From NCBI GenBank assembly GCA_963745075.1, contig CAVUWV010000036.1, positions 224,001 through 288,000 of the forward strand: DNA of 64,000 bases, read 5' to 3'. Shown here piece after piece: positions 20,898-31,248 of this stretch (its first letter is position 1; every line of letters begins with the position of its first letter). The notes under the pieces were generated by a model, which saw only the letters and a list, made by a program, of their open reading frames with translations, did not search any database and was not told where the DNA came from. A program made the translations under genes and the position numbers. This DNA comes from Candidatus Hydrogenedentota bacterium. Lineage in GTDB: Bacteria; Hydrogenedentota; Hydrogenedentia; Hydrogenedentales; SLHB01.

Positions 20898-20920
20898 GTG
20901 TATATATAGCATATATACAC
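20898..20920. promoter_or_regulatory. YtrA-type operator palindrome
   Basis: GTGTATATAT-AGC-ATATATACAC, perfect 10-bp IR 3 nt upstream of the gntR ATG. Confidence 0.8.
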
Positions 20921-21003
20921 CATGCTGTCTAGAGGTTTTTCAGAGTAACCTCACCGCGAAGCCCGCCACGCACGACTTGGACAGGACCGCACTACCCCCC
21001 ATC

Positions 21004-21030
21004 TCGTACTCGTGCTCGTACTCGTAATCG
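21004..21030. repeat. Short (TCGTAC)n-like repeat in an intergenic region
   Basis: tcgtactcgtgctcgtactcgtaatcg. Confidence 0.6.
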
Positions 21031-21141
21031 ACACTCAACGCAAAGACGTCAAGTCGCAGGGACGCAAGGAGATACAATAGAAAGATGTGAAGGTCTGGAG
21101 ATTGATTCAGGCGAGCAGAAGACCTGGATGAGAGGAAGAAA

Positions 21142-23631
21142 TCACGACCCTGCGGGCACGAAGTGCAGCTCATGCTCCTTGGACGCTTCGATGTCTTTGT
21201 CCCGCATGAGGGCGTGGCGATACTCGCCCTTCATGAAGCGCTCGGCCTGATCGCCGTAGTGGGGGCTCATGAAATTGCCGGAATTCCCTGTGGGCAGGAT
21301 GGTCAGCGAGTCCTGGGGCGAGGCGAAGTCGATGAGGCGGCGTGTGGACGGCCCCGCGATCACGTGATAATCGTCCTGGGCGTAGTCGTAGAGCATATTG
21401 TTCAGCACCTGTGCCGCGCCCGGCGACGGATACGGACCCAAATTAAAAATACGGTCCAGCACCGGGAAATAGCCGAAAGGATGTTTGAACGTCATCGTGT
21501 GCGCCCGGCCCCAGGTCCACCGGGCCGTGTCCTGGCCGTATTTGCGCGCGAGCGAGTTCGTCATGTCCTGGAATGCGGCGATGACGATCTGCTGCCGCGT
21601 TTCCTTCCCCGGCGTGTTGATGTCGTCCCAGAACGGCGATGCGTCGTCTCCCACGAAGTGCTTGAAGAAATCCCAATGGTCGGCCAGCGTGCAGTAGATG
21701 GCGAAAAGGTCGGTGCCCATTTCATCCTCGAGGGCATGATGCAACACCGCGCCGCACAGGTGCTCGTAGATTGTCGCGCCGGTCGACTCGATGTTATGCC
21801 GGTAATCCCAGGACTCGAGCTGGTCGAGCACGTCGATTTCCTGCGCCGTCAACAGCACGCGCTGCGCGTCCAGCACCTTCACCAGCTTCGCGACCACGTC
21901 CGGCGTGGCGTAGCCGGTGGTGTCGAACTGCACCGCCTTCAAGTCGTCGATGGTCCAGTCCGAACGGGCGCTGACCAACTGCTCGATCCGCCCCGCGCGA
22001 TCCGTCGGCTGCCAGTAGCCTTTGATGTCCTTCACGGGTCCGAGCGGTTTGACCGTCGGTTTGTTGTTCGCCGTGGCGATGAACCCGCATTCCGGATTCT
22101 TGAGGTGCGGGTTCTGTTCGAAGGGCAGATAGCCGAGCACGTCGTCCTTACCCGACGCGCCGTCCAGCATCTGCTTGCTGTTGACCCCGTCCGGCCGGAT
22201 GGGAATCTTTCCCGCCGCCCACCACGCGATGTTCCCTTCACGGTCGGCGTAACTGATGTTCAACCCCGGCGACGTGATCAGCGGCATCGCCGCCGCGAAT
22301 TCGTCGTAGGTGCGCGCGTGGCCCATCCGGTAGAACGCGACGATGTCCGTATACGGCAGGTGCTGCCAGATCCAGGACAAGGCGACCGGCGCCTCGTCGT
22401 AACCATGGTACGCGCGCAAGAAATCGTTCAGGATCGGCCCGTGCGGCGTCACGCGGACTTCGCATTGCACGTCGTCGGCGAACCGCACCTTGATCGTCTC
22501 TATCGCCGTTTCCACGTCCACCCACTGGCCCTTGTACATGACCTTCGTGGGGTCGTTGGGATCGAATCGTTCGACGTAGAAGTCCGTGTCGTCATGGGCC
22601 ATCATCGTCAGCCCCCAGGCCCGGTCCGCGTTGTGTCCCAGCAACGGGATTGGAATCGGCGGCAGGTGAAACCCGTAGTTCTCGAAATCGCCGTACTTCA
22701 GGTGTGCCTCATACCAAATGCTCGGGTTGGTGAACGCGATGTGAGGATCGTTCGCGAGGATGGCCCGGCCCGACTTCGTCCGCGACGGCGCCAGGACCCA
22801 ACTGTTGCTGCCCATGAACGGAGCGAATTGATTCGCGATGCCTCCGAAGACGTCCAGCCAATCCTTTACGACACCAAGCGACGCTTCGTAGCGTTCCACT
22901 TCGGTGTTGTCCGGTTCCGGGGGATGGGCATCCAGGTACGCGCGCGCTTCCTCCAGCGTCTCCATGATCGTCACCGGCGTTTCGAGGGTGTACCCCGGAA
23001 ACAGTGCGTCGATATCCATATCGGGATGCTTCTGTTTCAACATCGTGACCAGGGGATCGCCGCGAATGCCGTCGGCAAAGGTAATCGGCAGGATGGCCGC
23101 AACCGAGAGACAGTCTACTTTCGTAAAGGGGCGCACGTGGTCCCCGAGTACGACCAGTTCGAAAGGAATCGGACCGTCCTTGATGAAGGCGTTGATACCG
23201 GCGACAAAGGCGTCCGTGAGCGCCACCAGTTCCGGCGGGTTTGTGCTGGGGTCCTCGAAATAGGCTTCCGCCTTGGCCCGCAGCCGGAACGCCCGCACGG
23301 CCCGGTCGATCTTCACGGCCGGCGGCCCCGCCACTTCCGCGAGTTCGCCGCGCGCCAGGCGCCGCATCAGTTCCATCTGGACCAACCGGTCCTGGGCCAT
23401 GCAATAGCCGAGGGCGAAATAGGCGTCCGGTTCGTTCTGGGCCGTGATATGCGGCACCCCCGCTTCGTCCCGGATTACGCGCACCTCATCGCGGAGCGAT
23501 GCATTCTCGATAGTGCCGTCGAGTCTAGGAAGCCGCGTCTGGGCAAGGTACACCAGCGTCCCCGCTCCGGCCGCCACTGCCAGCAGCACGAAAACCGCGC
23601 AAACCTTCGCCAGGCGCTTGAAAAATTTCAT
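21142..23631 (-). CDS. Penicillin acylase family Ntn-hydrolase (peptidase S45)
   Basis: GVPHI, AQDRL, GSNSW, ANDPH, TANN, GNSG...SPHYGDQ; N-terminal anchor. Confidence 0.93.
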   Translation of the reverse strand: MKFFKRLAKVCAVFVLLAVAAGAGTLVYLAQTRLPRLDGTIENASLRDEVRVIRDEAGVPHITAQNEPDAYFALGYCMAQDRLVQMELMRRLARGELAEVAGPPAVKIDRAVRAFRLRAKAEAYFEDPSTNPPELVALTDAFVAGINAFIKDGPIPFELVVLGDHVRPFTKVDCLSVAAILPITFADGIRGDPLVTMLKQKHPDMDIDALFPGYTLETPVTIMETLEEARAYLDAHPPEPDNTEVERYEASLGVVKDWLDVFGGIANQFAPFMGSNSWVLAPSRTKSGRAILANDPHIAFTNPSIWYEAHLKYGDFENYGFHLPPIPIPLLGHNADRAWGLTMMAHDDTDFYVERFDPNDPTKVMYKGQWVDVETAIETIKVRFADDVQCEVRVTPHGPILNDFLRAYHGYDEAPVALSWIWQHLPYTDIVAFYRMGHARTYDEFAAAMPLITSPGLNISYADREGNIAWWAAGKIPIRPDGVNSKQMLDGASGKDDVLGYLPFEQNPHLKNPECGFIATANNKPTVKPLGPVKDIKGYWQPTDRAGRIEQLVSARSDWTIDDLKAVQFDTTGYATPDVVAKLVKVLDAQRVLLTAQEIDVLDQLESWDYRHNIESTGATIYEHLCGAVLHHALEDEMGTDLFAIYCTLADHWDFFKHFVGDDASPFWDDINTPGKETRQQIVIAAFQDMTNSLARKYGQDTARWTWGRAHTMTFKHPFGYFPVLDRIFNLGPYPSPGAAQVLNNMLYDYAQDDYHVIAGPSTRRLIDFASPQDSLTILPTGNSGNFMSPHYGDQAERFMKGEYRHALMRDKDIEASKEHELHFVPAGS

Positions 23632-23723
23632 GAAACGATCCGTCCCCAACTCGACCACACGCCAATGTAGCATATTTCCGGCCGGATCGAGATCCTTAAT
23701 GCGTTTAGATATTGGAATAATGC

Positions 23724-23892
23724 AAGAAACATCCCCCTCGATCCCCCTTCAAAGGGGGAATTGGGCGCAACGCTTCGCGTTGCATTTGGGACGAACGACG
23801 ACTTCGTCTCAACGCGAGTGACAACATCCACCACCACGAATGGGGCTATGCACACTTCCCCCTTTGAAGGGGGATCAAGGGAGATGTTTCTT
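23724..23892. repeat. REP doublet, CCCCCTTCAAAGGGGG family
   Basis: ~37-bp inverted arms; further copies at 33417-33573 and 37018-37175. Confidence 0.85.
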
Positions 23893-24007
23893 CATCATTC
23901 TGTGCGGAGCCTGCCGAACCTGACATTGCGCGCGGGGTGGGGATGAAATCTTCCGGCGTGTGGGTTAGAATCAAATTCGGGTGTAGTGTGGGACACGGGG
24001 TTTCTCC

Positions 24008-25301
24008 ATGCGATCCAGCGAGGCTCGAAGAAAATTCAAGCTCGCGGATGAGCTGTACCGCGACAAGAAGTACACCGAGGCGTTGACCGTGCTCGAGAAG
24101 CTCGACGCGGAATTCCCCAACGCCAAGAACGTCATGTACCCCCAAGCCATGTGTCTGGCCAAGCTCGGCCGGGCCAAAGAAGCCCATGAGATCTGCCAGA
24201 AGCTCAAGGCCATCTACAACGATCCCCGCGCCGATAAACTTATGCAGAAACTCGCCGGGGTCGTCCCGCAGGCCCGGCCGCCCATGTTCGATCCGAACGC
24301 GCCCGGCGGCGGTTTGGCATTCAACCCCTTGGACTTGGGCGATATCGGGCCCGTCCCGGGAAACGAGGGCGCCGATCCGATGGGACTGGGCGAACTTTTT
24401 GCGCCCAAACCGGGTGCGGCGCCGCCACCCCAGATCGACACGGCCCCCAACCGCAAGTCCCTATACATCGGGCTCGGCGTGGCCGGCGGGATACTGGTAC
24501 TGGGCCTGCTTTGTCTGCCACTCTTCGTCGGCGGATCGAAATCGGCCGACACGGCCCAATCGACTCAACCGGCGAACGCCGAACCTGCGGACGACAGGCC
24601 CCAGATCTATTGGTTCAATTCCTACGACACCGCCAAAAACGCATCCCTCGACAAGGTCGCGCCTACCTTGCTTTTCTTCTACAACGCGGGAAGCGACGAC
24701 GCCACCAAGATGATGGAGGAAACTTGGAAAGAGCCAAGCATCGCCCATCTTGTTAAGGGCTGGACCTGCGTACGAATCGACACCGAAGCCGACCCCGATA
24801 CGACCTCGTATTACGAAGTCACGGAAGTCCCAACCACCATTGTCGAAGATGATTGGAAGGGATCCGTATTCCAACAGACCGGTTATGTCAGCGCGCAGGA
24901 CTTTTACAACGCTGTGCAACCGTTGGAACTGAAAGTCATTCGAAGCTCCCGACTTCAGGGACGTGAGCGTCGGACGATGGGCGGTCGTAGTGATTCTGGG
25001 TCTTCTGCAGGCCGCAATCGGAATGTATCTCACCTTATTGCTCGTCCGGAAGCTTCCAAATGATGAATTCTTGAAAGATATTGTCAGTGCCGGACTCGTT
25101 GGGGTGGGAGTCAACGTTCTTTTCGGATGTCCATGTGTGGGGCTCGTCGCAGGCTATTTCATTTTGCATGCAATTTACGAGTTCGAGTTCATCGACTATG
25201 TCGCCTACCTCGGCGTTTCGACTGTTATCGGTGCGCTGAACTCCGTGCTCATTGCTGCGGTCCTTGGCATTCCCGTCGAACAGTTAATTGGCTTACTTTA
25301 G
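24008..25301 (+). CDS. TPR + TM + thioredoxin-like + C-terminal TM protein, frameshift ~24939
   Basis: TPR-like N-terminus, Pro-rich linker, TM, Trx-like fold (CVRID...VPT), then a multi-TM tail in the +1 frame. Confidence 0.6.
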
Positions 25302-26118
25302 GAAAAACGGGGACCGTGACCATTTTCCTCGATCCCCGAATCGACCGCGCAGCTCTTCCCGTCGTTCGGTCGAGCCATGCAGCGGCAAACCGTTGCACCC
25401 ATTCCGGCTCATTGCCGTCGAATAGTGCCGCCGTTTGCCACGCCCGCAACCGCCATCGTGACAGCACGATCCTCAGCAGCGATTCGTCAAACGTGCCCAG
25501 CGCCGCGTCCAGTTCGCCCAGATTCTCGTCGTAAACCGTCCCTAGCAGTTCCTCCACATCTTGAATCGTAGAGATAAGAAACCGGTTCGTCGCCAGATAG
25601 TCGGGATACCGTCGCGCGCGATCCTCCGGAGGTGTTACCTTCGCAATCGCGAAGGGAAAATCGCGATTGATGTGGGCGTGAATGCCCAGCAACGCATGTT
25701 GAAAGACCGTCACGTCTTCCGACCGCGCAGCATCGAAGGCAACGATCCACGCCTCCGGAACCTCGTCCAGACGGCCGCATTCGTAGTCCAGAAGGGCCTG
25801 GCGATACAGATTCGCGAAAACCAACAGAAACGCGGCCGTCCAATCCGGGTCCTTGAAGGACCCGTCGTTAATGGCCGCCACCGCCTCCTCGGTGATCAGC
25901 CGGTAAACGGCCGCAAACACCGCACGCGCATCGTTCTTCTGCGCAAGTGCTTCTTCGAGTTGGGCCAGGCGGACCGGTACGTCGCCGTAAATATCGTATG
26001 GTTCTTCCACAAGAGCGATCAGCGCCGGGTCGCCGGAGGACGAAGCGGCTGCGCGACCGACGGCGCAGGCCGCAAGTGCCAAGATCACCCACAGGATACG
26101 GGCCGCGTTCATGTCCAA
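25249..26118 (-). CDS. DUF5995-like secreted protein
   Basis: FAAVYRLITE, FANLY, VPEAW, LLGIHAHINRD. Confidence 0.68.
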   Translation of the reverse strand: MDMNAARILWVILALAACAVGRAAASSSGDPALIALVEEPYDIYGDVPVRLAQLEEALAQKNDARAVFAAVYRLITEEAVAAINDGSFKDPDWTAAFLLVFANLYRQALLDYECGRLDEVPEAWIVAFDAARSEDVTVFQHALLGIHAHINRDFPFAIAKVTPPEDRARRYPDYLATNRFLISTIQDVEELLGTVYDENLGELDAALGTFDESLLRIVLSRWRLRAWQTAALFDGNEPEWVQRFAAAWLDRTTGRAARSIRGSRKMVTVPVFPKVSQLTVRRECQGPQQ

Positions 26119-26210
26119 CGGTTTTCCACCAGATCGGAATTGCCTGTCGTGAACCGGCGTGAGGCGGCGCCAGTGTAGCGCATACTGCCTGGGCCGGAAA
26201 ACGTTACGGA

Positions 26211-26885
26211 CTACGCGGTCGTGGTGCTGTTGCTGTCCGCCGTGGACGTGGTGTCGGAGAACGACGTAGACACGCCGTTCGGGCCGATGGTGAGTTGGAA
26301 GTTCTGCGGGCTGTTCGATCCGGACAGGGACTCGCCGACGGCCATCAGGGTGCCTTGCGGGTCGCGCAGATAGCCCAATCCCGCCGGGAACTGCACCGCG
26401 GCCGTCCGGACCATGCTCGCTTCGACGCTCAGCCGTTGAAACGCATTCGCCAACGCGGGATGGGCTTTGAACAGCGCCTCGATCATGTCTTTATTCGGAT
26501 GGTCGTTCGCCACAACCACGTTTCCGGAAGAATCGGTCGTGAGCACCAGTTCGGGCACTTTGTCGACGGGTAACTGGTTAAGAAGACCAGTCAGTTCTTG
26601 CCGGAAGGCGGCAATATCTTCCTCCAGTTTCGCGGCAAGTTTCGGCGGCAGATTGCTGAACCGGTCGCTGCTCACGCTCGTCGTCCCGTCGGTCTGCTTG
26701 GTCATCGCGGCCGCGCCGTTCCCCTTCTGGGCCGCTTCCAGCAGTTTGGCGAAAGCGGTGGAATCTATTGTCACCGCTTTATTTGCAGCCTTTGCCCGGC
26801 CCCCCGCGCCAATCCCTTTGAACTCGTGCAGCAGGCCGCGCGCGGCGTGCAACAATTGAACGCCTTCCAAAATCGGGAACGCCAT
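26211..26885 (-). CDS. Hypothetical protein
   Basis: 224-aa ORF, GGAGGAG RBS, upstream sigma54-like site. Confidence 0.7.
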   Translation of the reverse strand: MAFPILEGVQLLHAARGLLHEFKGIGAGGRAKAANKAVTIDSTAFAKLLEAAQKGNGAAAMTKQTDGTTSVSSDRFSNLPPKLAAKLEEDIAAFRQELTGLLNQLPVDKVPELVLTTDSSGNVVVANDHPNKDMIEALFKAHPALANAFQRLSVEASMVRTAAVQFPAGLGYLRDPQGTLMAVGESLSGSNSPQNFQLTIGPNGVSTSFSDTTSTADSNSTTTA

Positions 26886-26930
26886 GGGACTCTCCTCCTG
26901 CCGTCAAACACAACCAGTCCTCGCAAAGAG

Positions 26931-26946
26931 AGCAACATGCGTGCCC
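26931..26946 (-). promoter_or_regulatory. Sigma54 (-24/-12) promoter
   Basis: GGGCACGCATGTTGCT vs consensus TGGCACG-N4-TTGCW; exact GG-N10-GC spacing. Confidence 0.6.
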
Positions 26947-27121
26947 AAGGCGACGTATCCGGCACATCACACCACCCAGTGCCGCTGCCGCATTCCATAC
27001 CCCTGCGGCAGGGTCACGCGCGATTCTCCATGATTCGGGTATCGGCCAAGTGGTAGAATGGTGGGATGAAGAACGCCAATCCCGGTGTTCGACCTTGAAT
27101 ACATCAGGCGTTCCAAGACCC

Positions 27122-29125
27122 ATGAGACAAGACTTCGCAAAACTTCTCAAACAACTTCGTAAGAACACGCCCGGAGTAGACTTAACTCTCGTGCGAAAGG
27201 CCTATCGCTTTGCCGGCGAGGCCCATCACGGCGTCGAGCGTGAGTCGGGCGACCCCTATATTTCCCACTGCGTCGAGGTCGCCCTTATCCTGGCACAATC
27301 CAATCTCGATCCCACAACCGTCGCGGCCGGCCTGCTCCACGACGTGCTCGAAGACACCCGCATCACCCACGACGAATTCGAAAAGGAGTTCGGACCCGAG
27401 ATTACGTCCCTGGTCGACGGCGTGAGCAAGATCAAAACCATGAAATGGTCCACCCCGACCCCGAGCCACCAGGAAAAGCAGGCCGAGAATCTCCGCAAGA
27501 TGCTCGTGGCCACGGCGCGCGATGTCCGGGTAATCCTGATCAAACTCGCAGACCGGCTTCACAACATCCGGACCATCGAGTTCCTGAAAGAACCCAAACG
27601 CGTCGAACGCATTTGCCGCGAGACCCTCGATATCTACGCGCCGCTCGCACACCGGCTCGGTATTGCCCGCTGGAAATGGGAACTCGAAGACCACGCCTTC
27701 CACCATCTGAATCCGAATGAATACCGCAACATCGCCGCCCACGTTGCCATGAAACGCCGCGAACGCGAGGTCTGGCTCAACGAAACCATCAAGTATCTCG
27801 AAGACCGGCTGGCCGAAGCCGAGGTCACCGCGCGCGTCATCGGACGCCCCAAGCACCTCTACAGCATCTACCAGAAAATGGTGCAACAGGGGAAAGCCTT
27901 CGACGAAGTGATGGATATCCTCGCCGTCCGCATCGTCACCCAGACCGTTGCGGGTTGTTACAACGCCCTCGGTGTGGTCCACCAAATCTGGACACCCGTG
28001 CCGGGACGGTTCAAGGACTACGTCGCCATGCCCAAATTCAACATGTACCAGTCCATCCACACGGTCGTCATGCGGGAAGACGGGTTTCCCCTCGAAATCC
28101 AAATCCGCACCGAAGAGATGGACCGGACCGCGCGGGAAGGCATCGCCGCGCATTGGGCGTACAAGGAAGGCGGCAGCGACGCGAAACTCGACACCCAGCT
28201 TCGCTGGCTCCGCCAGATGTACGAATGGCTGCAGGACGCCCATGCCCCGGATGAGTTGCTCGACAGCCTGCGGCGCGACGTCGCCCGCTCAGACGTGTAC
28301 GTGTTCACGCCGACCGGTGAAGTCAAGGAGTTGCCGGAAGGCGCCACACCGTTGGACTTCGCCTATCACGTGCACTCCGACATCGGCCACCACTGCATCG
28401 GCGCGAAGGTCAACGGCAAGCTGGTCCCGCTGCGATACAACCTCCAAACCGGCGACGCGGTGGAGATTCTCACGTCCCGCGCGCAAAAACCGCATCTCGA
28501 CTGGTTGGAGATCGTCATCACGGGAAAAGCCCGCACGCGCATTCGTCAACGGTTGCGCGAACTGGGCGATCTCGAACCCTTGGAAGGCCAGTTGCGGCGC
28601 GATACGGTGCGCATCCTCCCGGAGACAAAGCGCAAAATCCCCCAGGTAGACGATGCCACCCGGGACAAGTTGATTCGGATCGAAGGGTCCAAAGGCATCG
28701 CCGTTCAGTTCGCCAAGTGTTGCCGGCCCATGCCCGGCCACGCCGTCATCGGGTACGCCACCAAGAGCCCCGGCATCACCATCCACCGGGCCGATTGCCG
28801 AAACTTCGCGAATACGAAACGGGACCCGTCCCGCATCATCGAGGCGTCATGGGACGGGGAAGAGCACGTGGAGATCGGAATGCGGGTCACGACCGGGCAG
28901 CGCCCCAACATGCTGGCCGACATCACGAACGCCATCCGCCCAATGAACATCAGCATCACGCAGGCCCAGTTCCTCCCCAGCGCCAACGGCAAGAGCCACT
29001 TCGAATTCGTCTTCGAAGCTCCGGATCGCGACAGCATCGCCCGTGTCGCCGCCACCATCCGCACCGTACCCGGTGTCGTCGAGGTTGTCCACATGCCCTC
29101 CGAACAACTCGAAAGCAACAAGTAA
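27122..29125 (+). CDS. relA: Bifunctional (p)ppGpp synthetase/hydrolase Rel (HD-SYNTH-TGS-ZFD-ACT)
   Basis: [53 protein letters not shown]. Confidence 0.95.
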   Translation: MRQDFAKLLKQLRKNTPGVDLTLVRKAYRFAGEAHHGVERESGDPYISHCVEVALILAQSNLDPTTVAAGLLHDVLEDTRITHDEFEKEFGPEITSLVDGVSKIKTMKWSTPTPSHQEKQAENLRKMLVATARDVRVILIKLADRLHNIRTIEFLKEPKRVERICRETLDIYAPLAHRLGIARWKWELEDHAFHHLNPNEYRNIAAHVAMKRREREVWLNETIKYLEDRLAEAEVTARVIGRPKHLYSIYQKMVQQGKAFDEVMDILAVRIVTQTVAGCYNALGVVHQIWTPVPGRFKDYVAMPKFNMYQSIHTVVMREDGFPLEIQIRTEEMDRTAREGIAAHWAYKEGGSDAKLDTQLRWLRQMYEWLQDAHAPDELLDSLRRDVARSDVYVFTPTGEVKELPEGATPLDFAYHVHSDIGHHCIGAKVNGKLVPLRYNLQTGDAVEILTSRAQKPHLDWLEIVITGKARTRIRQRLRELGDLEPLEGQLRRDTVRILPETKRKIPQVDDATRDKLIRIEGSKGIAVQFAKCCRPMPGHAVIGYATKSPGITIHRADCRNFANTKRDPSRIIEASWDGEEHVEIGMRVTTGQRPNMLADITNAIRPMNISITQAQFLPSANGKSHFEFVFEAPDRDSIARVAATIRTVPGVVEVVHMPSEQLESNK

Positions 29126-29135
29126 TCCGAGGTTC

Positions 29136-31166
29136 ATGCCGGAACGTGTAAACATAGAGACGTTGGAAGCGGCGCCCTTTCGGATCGTCAGCGAATTCAA
29201 GGCGGAAGGCGATCAGCCGAAGGCCATCCGCGAACTGACGCGTGGGCTCCGGGAAGGGTTGGAGCACCAGGTGCTGCTCGGCGTGACGGGTTCGGGCAAG
29301 ACCTTTACCATTGCCAACGTCGTCGAGAAGGTCAACCGCCCTACGCTGGTCATCGCTCCGAACAAGATTCTCGCGGCCCAACTCTATTCCGAGTTCAAAG
29401 GCCTGTTCCCGGAAAATGCGGTCGAGTATTTCGTCAGCTATTACGACTACTACCAGCCGGAGGCGTACGTTCCCACAACCGACACGTATATCGAAAAAGA
29501 ATCCTCGATCAACGACGAGATCGACAAGATGCGCCACTCGGCCACGCGGGCCTTGTTGACACGGCGGGACGTGCTGATCGTCGCGAGCGTGTCGTGCATC
29601 TACGGTATCGGTTCGCCGGAAACGTACAACGCGTTGCGCGTGGAACTCGTTCCCGGAGAGACGCTGGAGCGCGAAACGCTCATTGCCGGTCTCGTCGCCA
29701 TGCAGTACGCACGGAACGACGTCGACTTCTATCGCGGCACGTTTCGCGTGCGCGGCGACACCATCGACATCTTTCCGGCCTACGAAGCCGAAATCGCGAT
29801 CCGCGTCGAGATGTTTGGCGACGAGATCGATGGGCTTTACGAAATCGATCCGCTGCGCGGCAACGTGAATCGCAAGTTGCGCCGCACGACCATCTACCCC
29901 GGTTCCCATTACGCGACGACGGCCGATACCTTGCGCACCGCCATCGAAGGCATCGAATTCGAATTGGCCGAGCGCCTGAAAGAACTCGAAGTGGAGAACC
30001 GCCTGCTCGAAGCGCAACGCCTGGGCCAGCGCACGCGGTTCGACATCGAGATGCTGAGCGAGATCGGCTACTGCAACGGCATCGAAAACTACTCGCGCCA
30101 TTTGGACGGCCGCATGCCCGGCGAACCGCCCTACACGCTCATCAATTACTTTCCCGAAGACGGCATCATCGTGCTCGACGAAAGCCACATTACCGTCCCG
30201 CAACTCGAAGCCATGTACAAGGGCGACCGTTCGCGGAAAGACAAGCTCGTTGAATACGGCTTTCGCCTACCCTGCGCCAGGGATAACCGGCCCCTGAAAT
30301 TCGCGGAGTTCGACAAGCTCGCTGGTCAACGCATCTACGTTAGCGCGACGCCGGGACCTTACGAGTTGAAGACCAGCGAAGGCCTCATTGTCGAGCAGGT
30401 CGTCCGGCCGACCGGGCTCATCGATCCGGAAGTCGAAGTGCGCCCGGCGTCGTCACAGGTGGACGACCTCCTGGACCAAATCCGCAGCGTCACCGCGCGC
30501 AACGAGCGGGTCTTGGTCACTACGTTGACCAAACGCATGGCGGAAGATTTGACCGAGTACCTGCGCGACCTCAATGTCAAAGTTCGGTACATGCATTCGG
30601 ACGTGCAAACCCTGGAACGCATCGAGCTGGTTCGCGCGCTGCGTACCGGCGAGTACGACGTGCTGGTCGGCATCAATCTCCTGCGCGAAGGACTCGACCT
30701 TCCCGAGGTCGCACTCGTTGCAATACTCGACGCCGACAAGGAAGGCTACCTGCGGTCGGAAACGAGCCTGGTGCAGACCTGTGGCCGCGCCGCGCGCAAT
30801 GTCAATGGCCGCGTCATCATGTATGCGGACCGTGTGACGGGATCGATGGAGCGGGCCCTGGACGAAATGAGCCGCCGCCGCACGAAACAACTTGCGTACA
30901 ACAAGCAGCACAAGATCACGCCGCGCTCGATCCAGAAGGCCATCGCCGATGTCCTCAACAGCATCCACGAGCACGACTATGTCACCGTGGCGAAGGCCGC
31001 CGAAGAACACGACCTTTACGTGCCCACCTTCAACCTCGCCAAGACCGTCCGCGAGCTGAAAAAGAAGATGAAAGACGCCGCCGGCAAGATGGAATTCGAG
31101 AAGGCCGCCGAATACCGCGACCGCATCCTGGCCCTCGAACGGCGTCAGATTGAAGAAGGGCTGTAA
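29136..31166 (+). CDS. uvrB: Excinuclease ABC subunit UvrB
   Basis: [49 protein letters not shown]. Confidence 0.98.
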   Translation: MPERVNIETLEAAPFRIVSEFKAEGDQPKAIRELTRGLREGLEHQVLLGVTGSGKTFTIANVVEKVNRPTLVIAPNKILAAQLYSEFKGLFPENAVEYFVSYYDYYQPEAYVPTTDTYIEKESSINDEIDKMRHSATRALLTRRDVLIVASVSCIYGIGSPETYNALRVELVPGETLERETLIAGLVAMQYARNDVDFYRGTFRVRGDTIDIFPAYEAEIAIRVEMFGDEIDGLYEIDPLRGNVNRKLRRTTIYPGSHYATTADTLRTAIEGIEFELAERLKELEVENRLLEAQRLGQRTRFDIEMLSEIGYCNGIENYSRHLDGRMPGEPPYTLINYFPEDGIIVLDESHITVPQLEAMYKGDRSRKDKLVEYGFRLPCARDNRPLKFAEFDKLAGQRIYVSATPGPYELKTSEGLIVEQVVRPTGLIDPEVEVRPASSQVDDLLDQIRSVTARNERVLVTTLTKRMAEDLTEYLRDLNVKVRYMHSDVQTLERIELVRALRTGEYDVLVGINLLREGLDLPEVALVAILDADKEGYLRSETSLVQTCGRAARNVNGRVIMYADRVTGSMERALDEMSRRRTKQLAYNKQHKITPRSIQKAIADVLNSIHEHDYVTVAKAAEEHDLYVPTFNLAKTVRELKKKMKDAAGKMEFEKAAEYRDRILALERRQIEEGL

Positions 31167-31248
31167 TCTCCGTTCTCCTTGGCGCTGGCGCGCCTTTCCT
31201 CCATTCCCGTCAATTGATACAATCGTCCGATACAGCGAGGGACTCCCA

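Noticed and set aside
21163..23670. 835-aa plus-strand ORF
   Set aside because: Antisense shadow of penicillin acylase caused by GC-rich codon bias; no motifs
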